Below are positions 26,079 to 38,400 of a stretch of DNA of 61,791 bases, one piece after another. The stretch is from positions 1 to 61,791 of IMG/VR virus record IMGVR_UViG_3300011335_000652; one strand, given 5' to 3'. The stretch is from a virus (Duplodnaviria > Caudoviricetes). Numbering within the stretch: the stretch's first letter is position 1; every line of letters starts with the position of its first letter. A program made the translations under genes and the position numbers. The notes under the pieces are model-generated. The model was given only the letters and a program-made list of their open reading frames with translations. It did not search any database and was not told the DNA's origin.

Positions 26079-27614
26079 ATGGAGATCATCGAGAATAGGG
26101 CGTTGCTGCTTAGTTTGCGCAACCCCGCTAAGGTCACGACTGTAATACCTAAGAGCCAACAACTAGGCCCCAACGAAGTGCTGGTGCACTGGGGCGTCGA
26201 GGAAACCCACGCCCTGCGAGACTTGAACATCAAGGCGCCGCCACCGATCCGGTCGCGTTACAACTGGCCCGGCCAGTATAAACCAATGGATCACCAGCGC
26301 GTTACGGCAGAGTTCCTGACCATGCACCGCAAGGCCTTTTGCTTCAACGAACAAGGCACGGGGAAGACGGCTTCGGCGATATGGGCAGCAGACTTTTTAT
26401 TGCTGCAGAAACAAATCCGCCGAGTGCTGGTGATATGCCCGCTGTCTATTATGGACTCCGCATGGCGGGCCGACCTGTTCAAGTTTGCGATGCACCGTTC
26501 CGTCGATATCGCTTACGGGGCGGCAGACAAACGCCGCAAGATCATCAAGGGCAGCGCTGAGTTTATCATCATTAACTACGACGGCATCGAGGTGGTTGCC
26601 GAGGAGATCGCCAACGGCGGGTTTGATCTGATCATCATCGACGAAGCGACGCACTACAAGAACTCTCAAAGTCAGCGCTGGAAGTCGTTGAGCAAACTCG
26701 TAACGGGAGACACGTGGCTATGGATGATGACCGGCACACCGGCAGCGCAGTCCCCGATGGACGCCTACGGCCTAGCGAAGTTAGTGAACCCAACCGGTGT
26801 CCCCCGTTTCTTTGGATCATTCCGCGACCAAGTTATGATGAAGATCTCGCAGTTCCGGTGGGAGCCGAAGAAGAACGCCGCCGAAACCGTTCACGCAGTG
26901 CTGCAGCCAGCGATCCGCTTCTCGAAGGATGAGTGCCTAGACCTGCCCGACATGATGTATATCAAGCGCCATGTGCCCCTGACTAAGCAGCAGGAGCACT
27001 ACTACAAGAAGCTGAAGAAGCACATGCTCATGGAAGCCTCTGGTGCCGAGGTCACGACGGTGAACGCAGCGATCAACCTAAACAAACTCCTGCAGATATC
27101 AGCGGGCGCGGTTTATACCGACGATGGCGACACACTAGAGTTCGACATCTCCGCACGATACAACGTGATGAAGGAAGTCTTGGACGAGACGTCGCGCAAG
27201 ATGCTGGTGTTCGTCCCCTTCAAGAGCACCATCCGTATGGTGCAGGAGCGCTTGATTTCTGACGGGGTGTCCGCCGAGGTTATATCTGGCGAGGTCAGCG
27301 CTGGAGCGCGAACAGATATCTTCAAGCGCTTCCAGACCGAGGCAGAGCCAAGGGTATTGGTCATCCAGCCACAAGCAGCGGCGCACGGCGTGACGCTCAC
27401 TGCAGCAGATACGATTGTATGGTGGGCCCCAACGGCCTCCCTCGAGACATACGCGCAAGCAAATGCGCGTATCCACCGCACCGGCCAGCATCACAAGTGC
27501 ACGGTCGTGCAGCTACAAGGTTCCCACGCGGAGCAACGCCTATACGATATGCTAGACAAGCGCTTAGACGTCCACACACAAGTTTTGGATCTTTATAAAG
27601 AATTGCTTGACTAA
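26079..27614 (+). CDS. SNF2-family helicase
   Basis: EQGTGKT, IIDEA, MTGTP, QANARIHRTGQ; start set at ATG 26079 after GGAG. Confidence 0.9.
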   Translation: MEIIENRALLLSLRNPAKVTTVIPKSQQLGPNEVLVHWGVEETHALRDLNIKAPPPIRSRYNWPGQYKPMDHQRVTAEFLTMHRKAFCFNEQGTGKTASAIWAADFLLLQKQIRRVLVICPLSIMDSAWRADLFKFAMHRSVDIAYGAADKRRKIIKGSAEFIIINYDGIEVVAEEIANGGFDLIIIDEATHYKNSQSQRWKSLSKLVTGDTWLWMMTGTPAAQSPMDAYGLAKLVNPTGVPRFFGSFRDQVMMKISQFRWEPKKNAAETVHAVLQPAIRFSKDECLDLPDMMYIKRHVPLTKQQEHYYKKLKKHMLMEASGAEVTTVNAAINLNKLLQISAGAVYTDDGDTLEFDISARYNVMKEVLDETSRKMLVFVPFKSTIRMVQERLISDGVSAEVISGEVSAGARTDIFKRFQTEAEPRVLVIQPQAAAHGVTLTAADTIVWWAPTASLETYAQANARIHRTGQHHKCTVVQLQGSHAEQRLYDMLDKRLDVHTQVLDLYKELLD

Positions 27615-27650
27615 GATACGTATTGGTATTATCTACAACAAACAACAATC

Positions 27651-28067
27651 ATGGAGAAGACTGTGGATGAACCCAAACCCCCCGCAAATGTAGAGCGCCT
27701 TACGCGGGTCTACATCAAAATACGGGACGCGAAGGCAAAGTTGGCCAGCGACTTTACGGATGAAGACGAGGCTCTTACCGAGCAGTTGGATACCGTAAAG
27801 CGTGAGCTTCTGGCCTATTGCGCAGAGCACGGTATCGAAAGTATGCGCACAGCAGCCGGTATGTTCTATCGGTCTACCAAAACGCGCTACTGGACAAGCG
27901 ATTGGGAATCAATGCACAAGTTTGTTCTTGAGCATGGCGTCCCTGAATTTCTTGAGAAGCGGCTGAGCCAAGGTGTGGTGAAGCAGTTCCTTGAAGAGAA
28001 CCCCGAGGTGGTTCCGCCGGGGCTTAACACTGACACTGAGTATGTCATAACTGTGAGGAAGAAATAA
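27651..28067 (+). CDS. Conserved phage replication-region protein
   Basis: 138 aa coiled-coil N-terminus; DW..F...LEKR...PPG motif. Confidence 0.7.
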   Translation: MEKTVDEPKPPANVERLTRVYIKIRDAKAKLASDFTDEDEALTEQLDTVKRELLAYCAEHGIESMRTAAGMFYRSTKTRYWTSDWESMHKFVLEHGVPEFLEKRLSQGVVKQFLEENPEVVPPGLNTDTEYVITVRKK

Positions 28068-28288
28068 TGGCAGCTGAATATGCCACTATCCGCGACGTAG
28101 CTGAGCACTTTCGGGTGTCAGTCTCTACGGTTCGCAACTGGATCAAGGCGGGTACAATCTCGCCTGATACCTACATCAAGATTAGCGGCACCTACCGGTT
28201 CAATCTTGATCTAGTGGAAGCGGCACTCCTGCGCGCTTCCGAAGCCGACAAACTGAACACCTTTCTTAAAACGGAGCACGTAGAATGA
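28067..28288 (+). CDS. Excisionase/MerR-like HTH protein
   Basis: TIRDVAEHFRVSVSTVRNWIKAG...YRF. Confidence 0.75.
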   Translation: MAAEYATIRDVAEHFRVSVSTVRNWIKAGTISPDTYIKISGTYRFNLDLVEAALLRASEADKLNTFLKTEHVE

Positions 28289-29223
28289 GCACTGACCTCT
28301 CTGCCTTCAAAGGCAACGCCTTGGTTTCCGGCGATCTGTTCAAACGGATGATGGAAGTCAACAAAAGCCTGTCCGGTTCCGGATCGGGCACGACCCGTCG
28401 TATCAGCATCAAGGGCGGTCGTTTCCGCGAGATGTTGAACGGTGAACAAGTCCGCGTTAATTCGTCCGGCAGCATGAACGTTGTTGTGCTGGGCAGCTCG
28501 AAAATCCTCCGCACCTATTATGAAGGCGCCTACGATCCAGAGAAGACCTCTGCACCAACCTGCTGGTCGGTGGACAGCGAGAAGCCCTCGCCCGACGTCG
28601 CGGAAGAAAACATCAAGGCCCGCGCCTGCCGTGATTGCCCGATGAACATCAAAGGGTCTGGCCAAGGCGAGAGCCGCGCTTGCCGTTTCTCGCAGCGTTT
28701 GGCCGTGGCGTTGGAAAATGACTACGAGAAGGTCTATCAGTTGCAGTTGCCCGCGACGTCGCTGTTTGGCGAAGCCAAAGACGGCAAAATGGGGATGCAA
28801 GCCTACAGCCGCTTCTTGTCGGCGAATGATATGCCGATCGTTGGTTTGGTGACGCAGGTATACTTCGACGAAAACAGCGAGACACCGAAGCTGTATTTCA
28901 AGCCGCAGCGCCCGCTGGAGAACAACGAGCTGACAGCGGTTTTTGATCTGATCGAGCACGAAGACGTCAAGAAGGCCACGACGCTGACGGTTTACAAGAA
29001 GGAAGAAGACGGCACCGAAGGGGGCCTGTCTAAGTCCTACAACCCGAAGAAAGAGAAGATCGAAGTCGAGCCCGCCGCAAAGGTGAGCAAGGCAAGTAAG
29101 CCGAAAGAGGTTTCGGAGGAGCCGGACGACGTTATGGAGCCGACACGTGTGGCATCTAAGTCCACCGTTGAGCCCACCGCTTCACCGAAGATGGAGTCGG
29201 TCCTGTCCGCTTGGGACGACTAA
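28285..29223 (+). CDS. Probable ssDNA-binding/recombination protein
   Basis: RRISIKGGRF, C..CP.N..GS...RAC zinc site, acidic WDD tail. Confidence 0.6.
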   Translation: MSTDLSAFKGNALVSGDLFKRMMEVNKSLSGSGSGTTRRISIKGGRFREMLNGEQVRVNSSGSMNVVVLGSSKILRTYYEGAYDPEKTSAPTCWSVDSEKPSPDVAEENIKARACRDCPMNIKGSGQGESRACRFSQRLAVALENDYEKVYQLQLPATSLFGEAKDGKMGMQAYSRFLSANDMPIVGLVTQVYFDENSETPKLYFKPQRPLENNELTAVFDLIEHEDVKKATTLTVYKKEEDGTEGGLSKSYNPKKEKIEVEPAAKVSKASKPKEVSEEPDDVMEPTRVASKSTVEPTASPKMESVLSAWDD

Positions 29224-29230
29224 AACACTG

Positions 29231-29260
29231 GGCGGGGCTGTAGTGGCCCCGCCTTCTCTT
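29231..29260 (+). terminator. Probable intrinsic terminator
   Basis: GGCGGGGC/GCCCCGCC stem followed by TTCTCTT. Confidence 0.6.
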
Positions 29261-29279
29261 ACACAAGCGGAAGAACAAC

Positions 29280-32138
29280 ATGATTGACCCACATTTTTTA
29301 AGCCGCATCATGTGCGGTGATGGCCCCTACTGCTTATGGACAGCGCGCCGTGCAGTGGACGCCGACGGCAAGCCAACAAAAGAGTTGGTAGACCGCCGTC
29401 AAACTTTCTACGATGATCTCCCTGACCTCATGGCCGCTGGTGCGGGGGCGTTTGCGAACGACCGCGAAGTGTATTTTGCTATGGCGGCATTCAAAGACTC
29501 GAGCACCCGCGAAGCGGCAAACGTCCGCGCGCTGAAATGTTTTTTCTTTGATCTGGATTGCCGTCCGGGCAAGGAATACTCCGACAAGGTTGAAGCCCTA
29601 CAGGCGCTACGTAATTTCTGTACGCGCAATGCGCTGCCTAAGCCGGTCCTCGTGGACAGCGGCGGCGGTATTCACGGCTATTGGGTTCTTGATCGCGAGG
29701 TCAGTTACGAAGAATGGGCGCCTGTCGCTGAGCGCTACAAGGCTGCTTGCATAAAGCAGGGCTTTCGGATGGACATGGCCGTGCCTGCCGATGGTGCTCG
29801 TATCCTACGGCTTCCGGGCACAGCAAACTTCAAAGACAGCCCACCATCGCCAGTTACCACGGTAGCATTAGATGTGCCGACGATTTCCTTTGAGGATTTT
29901 GCCGGCAAGTTTGAGGGTATTGTTGTTGCACCGAAAGTGTTCATCCCCGCCAAATACAAGGCGATCACCGAGCAGCTGCTAGGCAACAACACAAACAACT
30001 TCCGCCGGCTCATCACGCGGCCCGACACGTGCGCACAGCTCATTCATGCGATCACCAACCAAGCCGACATCAGTGAGCCTATGTGGCGGGCAACTCTGTC
30101 CATCGCAGCACACTGTCAGGACTCCGGCAAGGCAATTCACGCTGTGTCACGCGAGCACCCTGATTATGACCCTGCCGCTACGGAAGAAAAAGCGGGCCGG
30201 ATCAAGGGCCCGTATCTATGCAGTCGTTTTGCTGAGGCCCGTCCGGGCGGGTGCGATGGTTGTCCTCACCTTGGGCATATCAAATCTCCTATTGTGCTTG
30301 GGCGTGAACTAAACATCTCCGAGACCGAAGAAGAACGCACAGTAGAGCTGCCTGTTGAGCCCGCACGGGCAAACGGGGGGCCAGTTAAGACCATGACGGT
30401 CGTCGTACCGAAGCCGCCGTATCCCTACGTTCGGGGGGCAGCGGGCGGTGTGTATCGGCAGGGGAAGGACGAAGACGGCAACCCGAAAGACGAGCTTGTC
30501 TACCATCACGATTTCTACATCACTCGCCGAGTGTACGACCCCGAAGTGGGGGACAAGCTCATCTGCAGACTGCACCTTCCAAAGGACGGTGTACGGGAGT
30601 TCAGCGTGTTGCAGAGCGCTATCAACTCCCCCGAAAAGCTACAATCTGCACTCAGCACCATGGGCATTACCGCTCGTGGTAAAGCGCAATGGACCTCTAT
30701 AGGATATTACATCATGGACTATGTTGATCACCTGCAATCTGTCGCCGCCGCCGACCTCGCACACCGCCAGTTTGGTTGGACCGATGGCATGAAATCCTTT
30801 GTCATTGGGGAACGCGAGTATATTCCCGGCGGCGTGCGCCACAACCCGCCAACCTCTGAGACGAGCGTCGTGGCCGAATACCTCAAGCCAAAGGGCAACC
30901 TCGAAGATTGGAAGGAGCTGATGCAGTTCTTCAATCATGCCGGTATGGAGCTGCACCAACTGATTATCTGCACCGCTTTTGGTTCTCCTTTGATGGAGTT
31001 CTCGCCCATCTATTCAATGCTGATCCACCTCGATGGGCCTACCGGTTTCGGTAAGACGACGACCCAATGGGCAGCGGCAGGGGTATACGGCAAGCCAGAT
31101 GGTTTGATGATCCGCCACGAAGACACCAACGCGTCCAAATTTGCGCGCTTCGAGATTATGAAGAACTTGCCCGTGTATATCGACGAGTTGACCAAATGTG
31201 CTCCGGTAGAGGCCAGTGACCTTGCCTATTCGTTGTCCGCAGGGCGGCAGCGTAACCGTATGCAGAGCGGGTCCAACGCCGAGCGTCGCCGTGGGGAACC
31301 GTGGCACCTAAGTTCTGTAAGTTCGGGTAACGCCTCGCTGATGGACGTGTTGGAAGCCGGCAAGGCCGATCCCGCTGCAGAGCGGGAGCGTATCTTTGAG
31401 ATCAACATCAAAGAGTATATCTTCCCTCATTCGAAGGAAGAGGCCGATGCGTTCCAACACGCTATCTTGAAGGATGTCTACGGGGTCGCCGCCGATCCCT
31501 ATCTGCGCTGGCTTGTCGATAACGTAGAGGAGGTCCGGAAGTTCTATCTTGCTACACAGCAGCGGCTCGACGCAGCGGCGGGACTAAGCTCTAAGAACCG
31601 TATGATGTCTGCTGGTTTTGCGGCACACCTTGCGGGGGGCATGATCGCCAAGCGGCTTGGCCTGATTGACTTTGATATGAAGCGCGTGTTCGATCTTGTT
31701 GTGAAGTTGATCCGTGAGCGCACCGCATTCCTTGACTCGACCCAGAAGACAAGCGTTGATTACCTCGTGCAGTATGTGTCGGAGAACTACACCAACATTC
31801 TGCGGATCAACAGCACCCAAGACCTTCGGGGTAAGGGGGACCATCTGGAAGAGACCTTTGTTGTGCCAGACGCCACGCCTCGCGCTGAGTTCGTTGCACG
31901 GTACGAGCCTGATACAAAGCGGCTGTTCCTATACCCGAAACCGTTCCGGACTTGGTGCGTGAAGCAGCAGTTGAACCCCACGGCGCTGATGGAGAACATC
32001 AGCAAAGACTACAAGTATGAGTTCAAGAAGATGCGGATGGGCAAGGGGACTAAAATCCCGCTTCCTGCGGTCGCGGTCCATATCATCGACCTGCCCCTAG
32101 AGGATTACCTTGATGTCACTACCAATAGTTCAACTTGA
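29280..32138 (+). CDS. Primase (RepB/AEP-like) fused to DUF927 helicase
   Basis: FFDLD, SGGGIHGYW, RILRLPGT.N primase motifs; GPTGFGKTT Walker A and YIDE Walker B. Confidence 0.85.
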   Translation: MIDPHFLSRIMCGDGPYCLWTARRAVDADGKPTKELVDRRQTFYDDLPDLMAAGAGAFANDREVYFAMAAFKDSSTREAANVRALKCFFFDLDCRPGKEYSDKVEALQALRNFCTRNALPKPVLVDSGGGIHGYWVLDREVSYEEWAPVAERYKAACIKQGFRMDMAVPADGARILRLPGTANFKDSPPSPVTTVALDVPTISFEDFAGKFEGIVVAPKVFIPAKYKAITEQLLGNNTNNFRRLITRPDTCAQLIHAITNQADISEPMWRATLSIAAHCQDSGKAIHAVSREHPDYDPAATEEKAGRIKGPYLCSRFAEARPGGCDGCPHLGHIKSPIVLGRELNISETEEERTVELPVEPARANGGPVKTMTVVVPKPPYPYVRGAAGGVYRQGKDEDGNPKDELVYHHDFYITRRVYDPEVGDKLICRLHLPKDGVREFSVLQSAINSPEKLQSALSTMGITARGKAQWTSIGYYIMDYVDHLQSVAAADLAHRQFGWTDGMKSFVIGEREYIPGGVRHNPPTSETSVVAEYLKPKGNLEDWKELMQFFNHAGMELHQLIICTAFGSPLMEFSPIYSMLIHLDGPTGFGKTTTQWAAAGVYGKPDGLMIRHEDTNASKFARFEIMKNLPVYIDELTKCAPVEASDLAYSLSAGRQRNRMQSGSNAERRRGEPWHLSSVSSGNASLMDVLEAGKADPAAERERIFEINIKEYIFPHSKEEADAFQHAILKDVYGVAADPYLRWLVDNVEEVRKFYLATQQRLDAAAGLSSKNRMMSAGFAAHLAGGMIAKRLGLIDFDMKRVFDLVVKLIRERTAFLDSTQKTSVDYLVQYVSENYTNILRINSTQDLRGKGDHLEETFVVPDATPRAEFVARYEPDTKRLFLYPKPFRTWCVKQQLNPTALMENISKDYKYEFKKMRMGKGTKIPLPAVAVHIIDLPLEDYLDVTTNSST

Positions 32139-32340
32139 TGACCTCTACCCCGACGGCCTCGCGATCCAAGTTAAGTGGGAAGCGTGGTCAGTCGGGATGT
32201 CTATCTTCGTCCCCTGCACGGGCCTGAACCGTGCGGGGATACACGCTCGAGCCGTCGCAAAGCGAAAAGGCTATACGCTTGCTGTACGAAGTTGTATCGA
32301 AAATGGTCTTTTAGGGGTTCGCATCTGGAGAACTGCATGA
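32110..32340 (+). CDS. Hypothetical protein
   Basis: W....VGMSIFVPC...GVRIWR; last gene before the terminator. Confidence 0.65.
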   Translation: MMSLPIVQLDDLYPDGLAIQVKWEAWSVGMSIFVPCTGLNRAGIHARAVAKRKGYTLAVRSCIENGLLGVRIWRTA

Positions 32341-32372
32341 TACACAGTCGGAGTCAGGCTCTCCTCCCAACT

Positions 32373-32410
32373 AACCCCGCAGGTTTCTCCCCCTGCGGGG
32401 TTTTTTGTTT
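32373..32410 (+). terminator. Terminator between convergent early and late arms
   Basis: AACCCCGCAGG/CCTGCGGGGTT stem followed by a T run. Confidence 0.85.
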
Positions 32411-35400
32411 TAGTTGCGCGTAATGCCGTCGATCTGCGCATTGTAGAGGGCGATAAGGTCGTCCCGCACTTGGGGGTTAACCGAAACACCGTTCACCATC
32501 TCTTCGACATTCTGTTCCCGCCGCACAAACGATTTCTTGATCGTGTCGGGTGTGATCACCGCTTCTGGATACCGAGCGCCGCTGGTCTGGTTAAACTTGT
32601 CCTTGTCCCGCATCGCATCTGCGTAGCCCGCAGTGTCGCCGGTCCGCTGCGCCAGATAGAGCCGCTCGAGGATCTTCGTGCGTTTCTCTTGCACAGCCTT
32701 GCTTACGCGAGACATCTCTGTAGCGCGCTCCTGCCGGCGGGTGAGTTCGGCCATGTTAAAACCAACGAGTTTACCGGCCAGCCCGAGGATTGAGGGGTCT
32801 TCAAGCATGAAGTTATCCTGTCTCGTGCGTACACCGCCCTCCATGGTAAATCGTGCAGCCTGCAGCACGTTTGAGATAGCAACCGGAACGACGGACTCTA
32901 TACCGCGCTGGTATTCGCCGGACATTATGTCGGTTACCCCGCGCTTTACTCGCGAGAAGGTTGCCCACGGGGCGCCAAGCACGTTTTGCACGAGGGTTTC
33001 TTCAGCAGACGGATCGGCGTTAAACCGATTTGCGCGATACAGTAGGTAGCTCAGACCAACGCGGTCCGACACTTCAAAGCCTGTGATGTTGTTGATCACG
33101 CCCTTATACATGAGTTCACCCATCCAGAGCCGGGTCGCTTCTTCTGCGGTGATCTCATCGTCATCGCGGAACATGTTTGCAATCATCGCGTACATACCGA
33201 ACAACGGCAGGCCGTGTGCACCGGCCATCAAGAGCGTCACCCCGATATGGCCGGTCAACTGCCGGATTGCTTCGTTCCGCTTAGCACGAGCCACAGCGTC
33301 GGTGCCCGGATGAGCGTTTATGGCGATTTGCCGCACAGTCTTTACAAGCAAGGTGGTGACGTTGATGCCGTAGGTCTTATACATGAACGCTACGCGACCA
33401 AGGCCCCGCTGTGCGAGACGCGACGTCGTGTTCATCCCCGCCGAGCCGTTCAAGAGCTGCGTATTGTAGACCGCTGTTTCCGCCGCCTTTGTCTGTTTTT
33501 CTGCGAGAGTCATAGCCTGTTCAGCGGGGGTCGGGGCTTTCTCCATACGCGCTAGTTCAAGGTCATATGTAGCAATCGCCGTGACTTGCCGGTTCATCCG
33601 TTCAACCATGTGGAAAGGCGCACCAAAAAAGGCCAGCCCCCGCTCGACTGTTGAGGTTGTTCTGCCTACATCTGCAAGGCCCGCTGACTCGTATAGCGCA
33701 GAGTGGTTTGACATACCCCGATCCGAGAGCAACTGTGCAAGCGGCTGCAGTTCGGTCGCACGTGCCACCTTCTCCGTCGAAAGACCGAGGGTGTTGTTCA
33801 CCACGTAATTACCGTCTGGATCGACGATGTAGTAGTTGTCGAGCGTAGGCATGGCCGTGTCGGTGGTCGTTGTTTGCGCTCCAACAGCAATCGGCAACGA
33901 GGAAGTACGCTTCGTCCCACTCCCCATGAAGTCTTTTGAAGCCCGAGCCATTGCAGACGTAGCGGCGCCATACCCGTACCGACCGCCAAGATGGGGCCCA
34001 ATAATGCTTGCCATACCGCTAAGGTTCACGATCGCCGCTGCAGGAGAACCGAGCAGAGTGTACGCATAGGTAAATTTGTTTGCCAGCCGTGCCGCACGCT
34101 CGAGCGCGGTGTTCTGCGATTTCAAGACCGTTGCGCCCAACCGCGACAATTCACCAAGCACCGCCACTTTTTGCAGGCCCTTCTCCGACGACGTGATGGC
34201 GGGGTCGGCAGCGGATTTTTGGTATTCCTCCTGCAGTTTGCGGATTGCCTTGCTGAACGTATAGCGGGCCGAGGCGCTTGCGATCGAATACCCTTTTTGG
34301 CTCAGGCCAAGGTCTAGGTCTTCAGCGTAACCGGCGGTATTTTTACGCCGGTAGAACTGCTTTGCCAGCGATCCTTCCGGTGCCATCTCAACGATCGCCG
34401 TTGCAATTTGCTCGACTACGTCAGGCGGAATCACCTTCTTACTGTTCTTCGCGTTCTTGGCGTTGTACTCGTTGATGATTTTTAACACACTTGCCGCTGC
34501 CATAGGGTCTTGCGCAGCTCGGAAACCCTGCGTAGCAAACTCAGTCGCCATGTACTTCGAAACGATTGGATCTCCAGCGGCGTTTTTGCGGACGCCCGGC
34601 TGGCCCTTTAGCCACGTCAGGAAACGCTCTCGCGCATTCGATGACTCGAACGTCATTTTAGTCGCTTCGGTCGATTGCGTTACGGGGTTGAACGCCGCGA
34701 ACTCAAGCCAGTAATCTCCTTCCCGTGAAAGCGGGAAGTAAGGGTCCACACTGCCCGGACCAAAGATCGTGACATACGCACTCTGTTTAATCTTCGAAGC
34801 GATGGTCGGGTCGATGTTAAATTCCGAGATATTCCCGTTAAGCACTTCCCAGAGGCGAGCGTTCTCTTTTGCATAGAAGTCGCGCAGCGCAATAAACAAG
34901 TCGCGACCTTCTTCGTCCAGCTGCGCAGGATCGTAGAACTGAGCCTTCAACGTATCATACACGGTATTTTGTGCCGGATCAGGGTTGTGCGAGGCCCGCG
35001 CCTGTGAGCGGTTCTTGTTAGGCGTTGTGTTGAGCAGCGCAACGGTCTTGTCGCGATCTAGCGCCGACGTAAATTTAATACGACGACGGCCCGTCACGTT
35101 GCCCTTTGCGTCGAGGGTCTCGTAGGTCAACCAGAATTTATCGTAGTTGTCGCGATCCCGTGTAACATCTACCCCCTCGGCAGTCATCGACATAGCAAGG
35201 GCATCCAGCTTAGACGCCATCGCCGGATTCTTTTTCCGGTATACACCAAGCCGATCGCGCATCGCGTTGACCCGTGCAGTAGCCCGAGAGTAGTGGCCAT
35301 CCATCTTTTGGATCGTCTGCATCATCTCGTAAGGCTTAGCCAGCCCGAGATTTTTTGCCATATCCCCGATCTGAAGTGTGGGTAGGATACCCAAGATTTG

Positions 35401-38400
35401 CTCCCGCCCAAAAGCGGTTGCCTTATCGAGCATACTTAGAGTGTCGTCTGCAAGACGGGTCCGCGTATTTTGTGAGTCACGTGCCGCTGCGTTAACACCG
35501 GCCCGCATCCGGTCCATGATCGAAGACACCCCGGCACCAGACCGAGAGTACAGAACGTCAGGCGCAGAGTTGCGCTCAGGCGTAACCATCATGTCGATCA
35601 AGGCGTCCGAACGATCCAACAGGGTTGGGCGTTTCGTAGACCGCTGCAGGCGCTTAACAAACTTGTTGTACAGCTCCTTGATCCACTCAAGGACACTAAA
35701 GCCCTTCGCCTGTTGTGGCAGCGCCAGCCGATCCGTGCTCATCTGCGCGACTGCCGCACGCAGGTCTGGATTTGTTTTGAGCTCCGAAACAAACTCTTCG
35801 AGGTTTAGCTCCCCCGGCATATACTGCGCGATATCGTTTACCACTGCATCAAATACCTGCTGCAGTTCAGCCCGAAGCAATGAGTCGGGCTTACTAAGCT
35901 CCGCCAGCGTCACTGCGTGCCAGACCTCGTGCAAGAGGGTAGAGACCGTCAGCCCTGTATCCGCGTTTAGTACAACAGTATCCTCATCAGGATAATAGAG
36001 ACCCCGCACTGCCCCCAGATCGCCCTGCGCCTCATCACTAATTCTAGCATCCGTGGCATCGAGCACGGCTACCTGCGTGGTACTGCTGTTCGCGGCGAGA
36101 AGGTTTGCCATTGCAGCAATACGTGGGTCCGTAGCGGTAAACGCGATGTACCGTAGGGCAAGTTTGAGTTGTCCATTCCGGAGCGAGGCTATTGTGTTTT
36201 TATCCAGCGGAAGGTTCATCTCGTAAGCTTGCCGAATGGACGCACGGCTGAAAAGTTTACCCCCGAGGAGGGCGCGTGACAGCTCTGCTTCGCGCATGAT
36301 CTTGAGCATCTCATAGAAAGTCAGATTCTTTCTCTGCTCTGCTGTCAGCTCCGGACGCAGGACGCGGATAGTATAGTCAAAACCGGTCTCGCCTTTACGG
36401 GGCGGAAGCCGTCTCGCGGCCTCGATTGTCTGTATTGGCGTTGCCGTCACTGCAGCCGGTCTAGCGGGCAGACTTACGGTCCGACCAGATCCCAGCTCGT
36501 ACTCTGCGAGCGCTTTCGGCGCAGCTTCTCTTTCGGCGGCGTTTGCAAAGTCTTCGATGGTTACACGAGTGCCGTCGTCTTTTATCAGCCCGGCTTTTTG
36601 CAAGCGGCGTTCTTCCGCCTTGGCCTGTCTTTCGGCGAGGTTAGTCGCGTTGATAACCCGTTGACGGGCTTTCTTTTCCACCTTGCGGAGTCTGTCCGCT
36701 TCTACCTGCATCAGCTGAATAGCGTCGGCAGATAGGTTGTTTGTAACCCATTGCGCAGCCTTGGACGCAGCTTCGTAGCCCGTGCCTTGATCCAAAAACA
36801 TAGAGGCTTCGGTCCACGCGGGGAGCTCGGCGCCCTCAAACATCCAGTTCGCGCTCTCCGACCCGGGCGCTTGGTTTTTGTTGTTGAATAGCGTCGCGGT
36901 GTCCGGCTCCGCGATATCCCGTGCGATAGTCAGCAGCCCCTCCACCAGCGTGGGGAACTTCTCGAAGTAAGTCTTGGCAAACTTCGCGTTCTGCCGATCG
37001 TTCATCAGCAGGTTCGTCGCTTTGGTACGTGGGTCGATGCGGTCTTTGTACGAGAGAAGCTCCAGCACTACCTTGCGGTCACCAAGCGTCGTCGGATCGA
37101 CAACGTCACCGATCTCTAAAATTATACCGCGCACGATGTTGCTGGCTACGCGGTCAAGCGGGGCCACGCGCTCGTCCCATAGGGTAGCAATCGCTTCGTC
37201 AGCTGCAGCCTTTTCGGCTGCAACGGCGTCTTCAACCATGATGTCAGCCCGAGCGTAGATGGCCCGCTGTACTTTGCGGACGATGGCCCTAGCAACCTTG
37301 GTCGCTTTGTTTGGTTTCTTGCGGGCCGCACCGGGTTTTTTGGCTACGGGCTCAACTGCGGGCTCGGCGGGTGCCTTCTCCATCTCGCCGGCAAACCAAT
37401 CCTCAAACTCTGCCTCACTCATCGTTGAGGGCATATCGGTTTCGTCGCCAAATGGAGTAAACGGAGTGGGAGCGGCGGCAGCGGCGGCAGCGGCGGCAGC
37501 GGCGGCAGCGGGAGCAGCGGGAGCAGCGGGAGCAGCGGGAGCAGCGGGGGCAGCGCCAAGCGCGTCAGCAACAGTGCCGCCTTCGTAAACGAGCGTATCG
37601 AGGACCCGTGCCCGTGTATCGGGGGGCAGTGTGCTGTTGGTTTCGGCCTCGTAGTCCGCAATGTAAGAGTTTGCATCCTGAGCGCGCTCATCTTCGGACC
37701 GAATGTCGATACTATATGGCGGCATACCCGCTTGCACGGGGGTTTCTACGGGCGCCGCCGCCGCCGCTGCTTTCGCTCTGCGCTCTATCTCTTGCGCCGA
37801 TGTGTATTTGTCGGCTAGTTCGCTAGTTCTTGCCTGTTGAGTCGCGCTGTACTGCGGCTTGCCCCAGGCCTCCTCAATGAGTTTGTTGCGGACGGTCTCT
37901 GCGTCAAGTCCGCCCTGTTCGTCAAGAGGAATGTCCCAATCAGCGGAAAAGGCCGGAGCTGTAGTGTTTATATTTCCCACGAGATCATCAGCCCCGCCAA
38001 GACCTTTACCCCTACGCGCCAGCATCCCTTCTGGGATTTTTTTTCCGTTCAGTGCAAGCGCCTCTGACACTTCGTTGTACAGGTCCGAACCGCGCCGGAT
38101 ACCGCCAACTGCGTTGGAAAACGGGTATTTCTGCTGGCGCGGAGCAAACGGTCTTTTCCGTGTAGGCGCTGCGCCTTTCTCTGCGGTCGCGACCTCTTTC
38201 GCTACGCTTGTTTCTACCGCTGGCGCAGCCGGTGTGCGAGGCGCCAAAGACTCAATCGCGTTTTTGTCGATGACGGCGTATTCCGTTTTTCCCCGAGGGT
38301 CCGTACCAAACACGACACCAACGCCGTTTGCTTTATATGCGTCGATCTGTGCAGGTGATAAACGGGTGATGTCCCCATTTTTGTTTAGGATTTTTGTGCC

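Noticed and set aside
28067-28288. Lysogeny module
   Set aside because: A Xis-like HTH is present, but no integrase, CI-like repressor or att site was recognised.
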